From Asterias rubens (lineage: Eukaryota): 64,000 bases of DNA. Numbering within the stretch: the stretch's first letter is position 1; every line of letters begins with the position of its first letter. The stretch lies in assembly GCF_902459465.1 (NCBI RefSeq), contig NC_047075.1:11222001-11286000 (forward strand). The letters are read 5' to 3'. Positions 62,450 to 64,000 of the stretch are shown piece by piece. Both the position numbers and the translations under genes were made by a program. The notes under the pieces are model-generated. The model ran no database searches, had not been told where the DNA came from, and was given only the letters and a program-made list of their open reading frames with translations.

Positions 62450-64000
62450 GGTAAATGGGTTCACTACTTTGTTAAGGTTGGAAGTGCACTAGACCATGCA
62501 CTAAGTTACACTCATGTACATTTACAGCCAAATAATGTGTAATTGAATCATTCATCAGTTTGCAATAAGGGAACCGAGGAGTGAATATGTTGTTTTAGTT
62601 CTTGGTTAAGATTAAAAACAACTACTTTTGGTGTGTTCCTTTACCAATGAACAATTTTCGACACGAAAAAGTACTACTTGTAAGACTAACTTTTTTTTTT
62701 TTTTTATTTTTTTTATTGATGTCCTTTTTCTACAACAACACAACAATAGTTCGATTGTTACCAATAGAGTTAAAAGTAATTTACATAATACCCTTTTTTA
62801 GACAATGTTAATACATTTAAATGAAATGTTCTCGTTTGTTTTTTCTTTTCTAGAGACCCCTCGAATAAAACAAACATTGTGTGAAAGGTTTCTGAGGTTG
62901 AACCTTTTATTTGTAGATGATTCAACACATTTGTTTAGTTTTAAACAACCATGAACTTTAACTGCAGGTATGTTTATTTTTAGTCCTTAATAAAACCAAC
63001 CGGTTCATATAAGAAATTGTATAGTCAGTGACAACTTTTCATTAACAAACCGACGTTCAGAACATATGTGAAAGTACGACTTGTTTTGTCTTTTTAACTA
63101 TTGGTACCTAATACCAAACAACCAAACGTGTCTTGTAGGTATAATGCCTGGATTTGCAAATCTTAAAATGGTGAAAGTTTGTTTGACGAAGTTAAATTAT
63201 TCTTCATGTGTCCTACTTTACAAGTACGAATGTTTTAATCTAACATTTTAAACACTATGCACACGTCATTGATTTTGACAAAATGCGTATCCTCCATAGA
63301 TTTTAGTAAAAGGTTTGAATTAGTAAATTTTAAGGGAACTTAACGAGCAGTTTGTATAATAGAAATGGACTCCAGCAATGCACAAGACTAAAGCTAAACC
63401 TAAATTTGAACAACAAACCACACACTATACTTACAATACCCCTATACATCAATATAGTATGTGTAATTCGACCTCGAGAGCGTCTTGACTACAGCAGCTA
63501 CAGCGTGTATTGTGAACTTGTTGTGTACTTGTATACATTGTATCAAATTGTATCAAATGAATATCGTGAAAACAAAAACCATCTCATCATGTCGTTGTAA
63601 GTTTGGGTCTTGAAAACAACGTTCTTTTCCGAACCACTTCAACTATTTTAGATATTTTCATAAATGGTGTTACCACAAGCCTCTTACTGTAAGATGTTAC
63701 CAGAATGAAGTTACACGAACTTGCACCCAGGTGAGTTTTTCATAATTGATGGCTCAGAGCCACAAGCTCAATAGTGATATTGTTATCGTGGGACTTACAC
63801 ATACTATTACTATTAGTTACTACCGACAAGTTTACGTTACTTTGCAAATCACAATCGAGGCACACAATGCAAGATTTTAAAAGTGTCAATTATAAATGTT
63901 TTTGATATTTTTACCATACACCAAAGTAGCAATTGTAACCCCTTTTGATTGATAAGTGGTATCATTTTAATCCTTTACTCGTTTTTTTTTACGTCAGACT

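Larger units (their letters stand above)
59842..64000. repeat. Segmental duplicate W''+X'' of 25267-27095 (2.27 kb extra at ~60286-62558)
   Basis: High identity by eye; continues to the window edge. Confidence 0.95.

Overview
AT-rich (non-prokaryotic) animal genomic DNA with spliceosomal introns and one 500-N gap at 24767-25266. The MITE/SINE families look like a sea star or other deuterostome invertebrate, but that is my impression, not a database result. The main gene is a 9-exon minus-strand gene (CDS 56196 to 32169, 580 aa if all exons are used). It encodes a secreted fibrinogen-related (FReD) protein whose fibrinogen domain is split, at a phase-1 intron, by a 264-codon cassette of two F5/8 type C (discoidin) modules. 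Its 16-kb first intron holds L2, BEL/Pao, RTE and Academ-like remnants. It also holds a young 3.3-kb element with Polinton/Maverick hallmarks (AGTAGT..ACTACT ends, ~445-bp TIRs, 6-bp TSD GTTATC) whose only convincing ORF is a two-C2H2-zinc-finger/acidic protein. The rest of the window is a birth-and-death FReD neighbourhood: two intronless FReD pseudogenes, a stranded last-exon fragment, two paralogous signal-peptide first exons for a gene off the left edge, several segmental/tandem duplications and many MITEs and SINEs. Percent identities are by-eye estimates; no alignments or searches were run.
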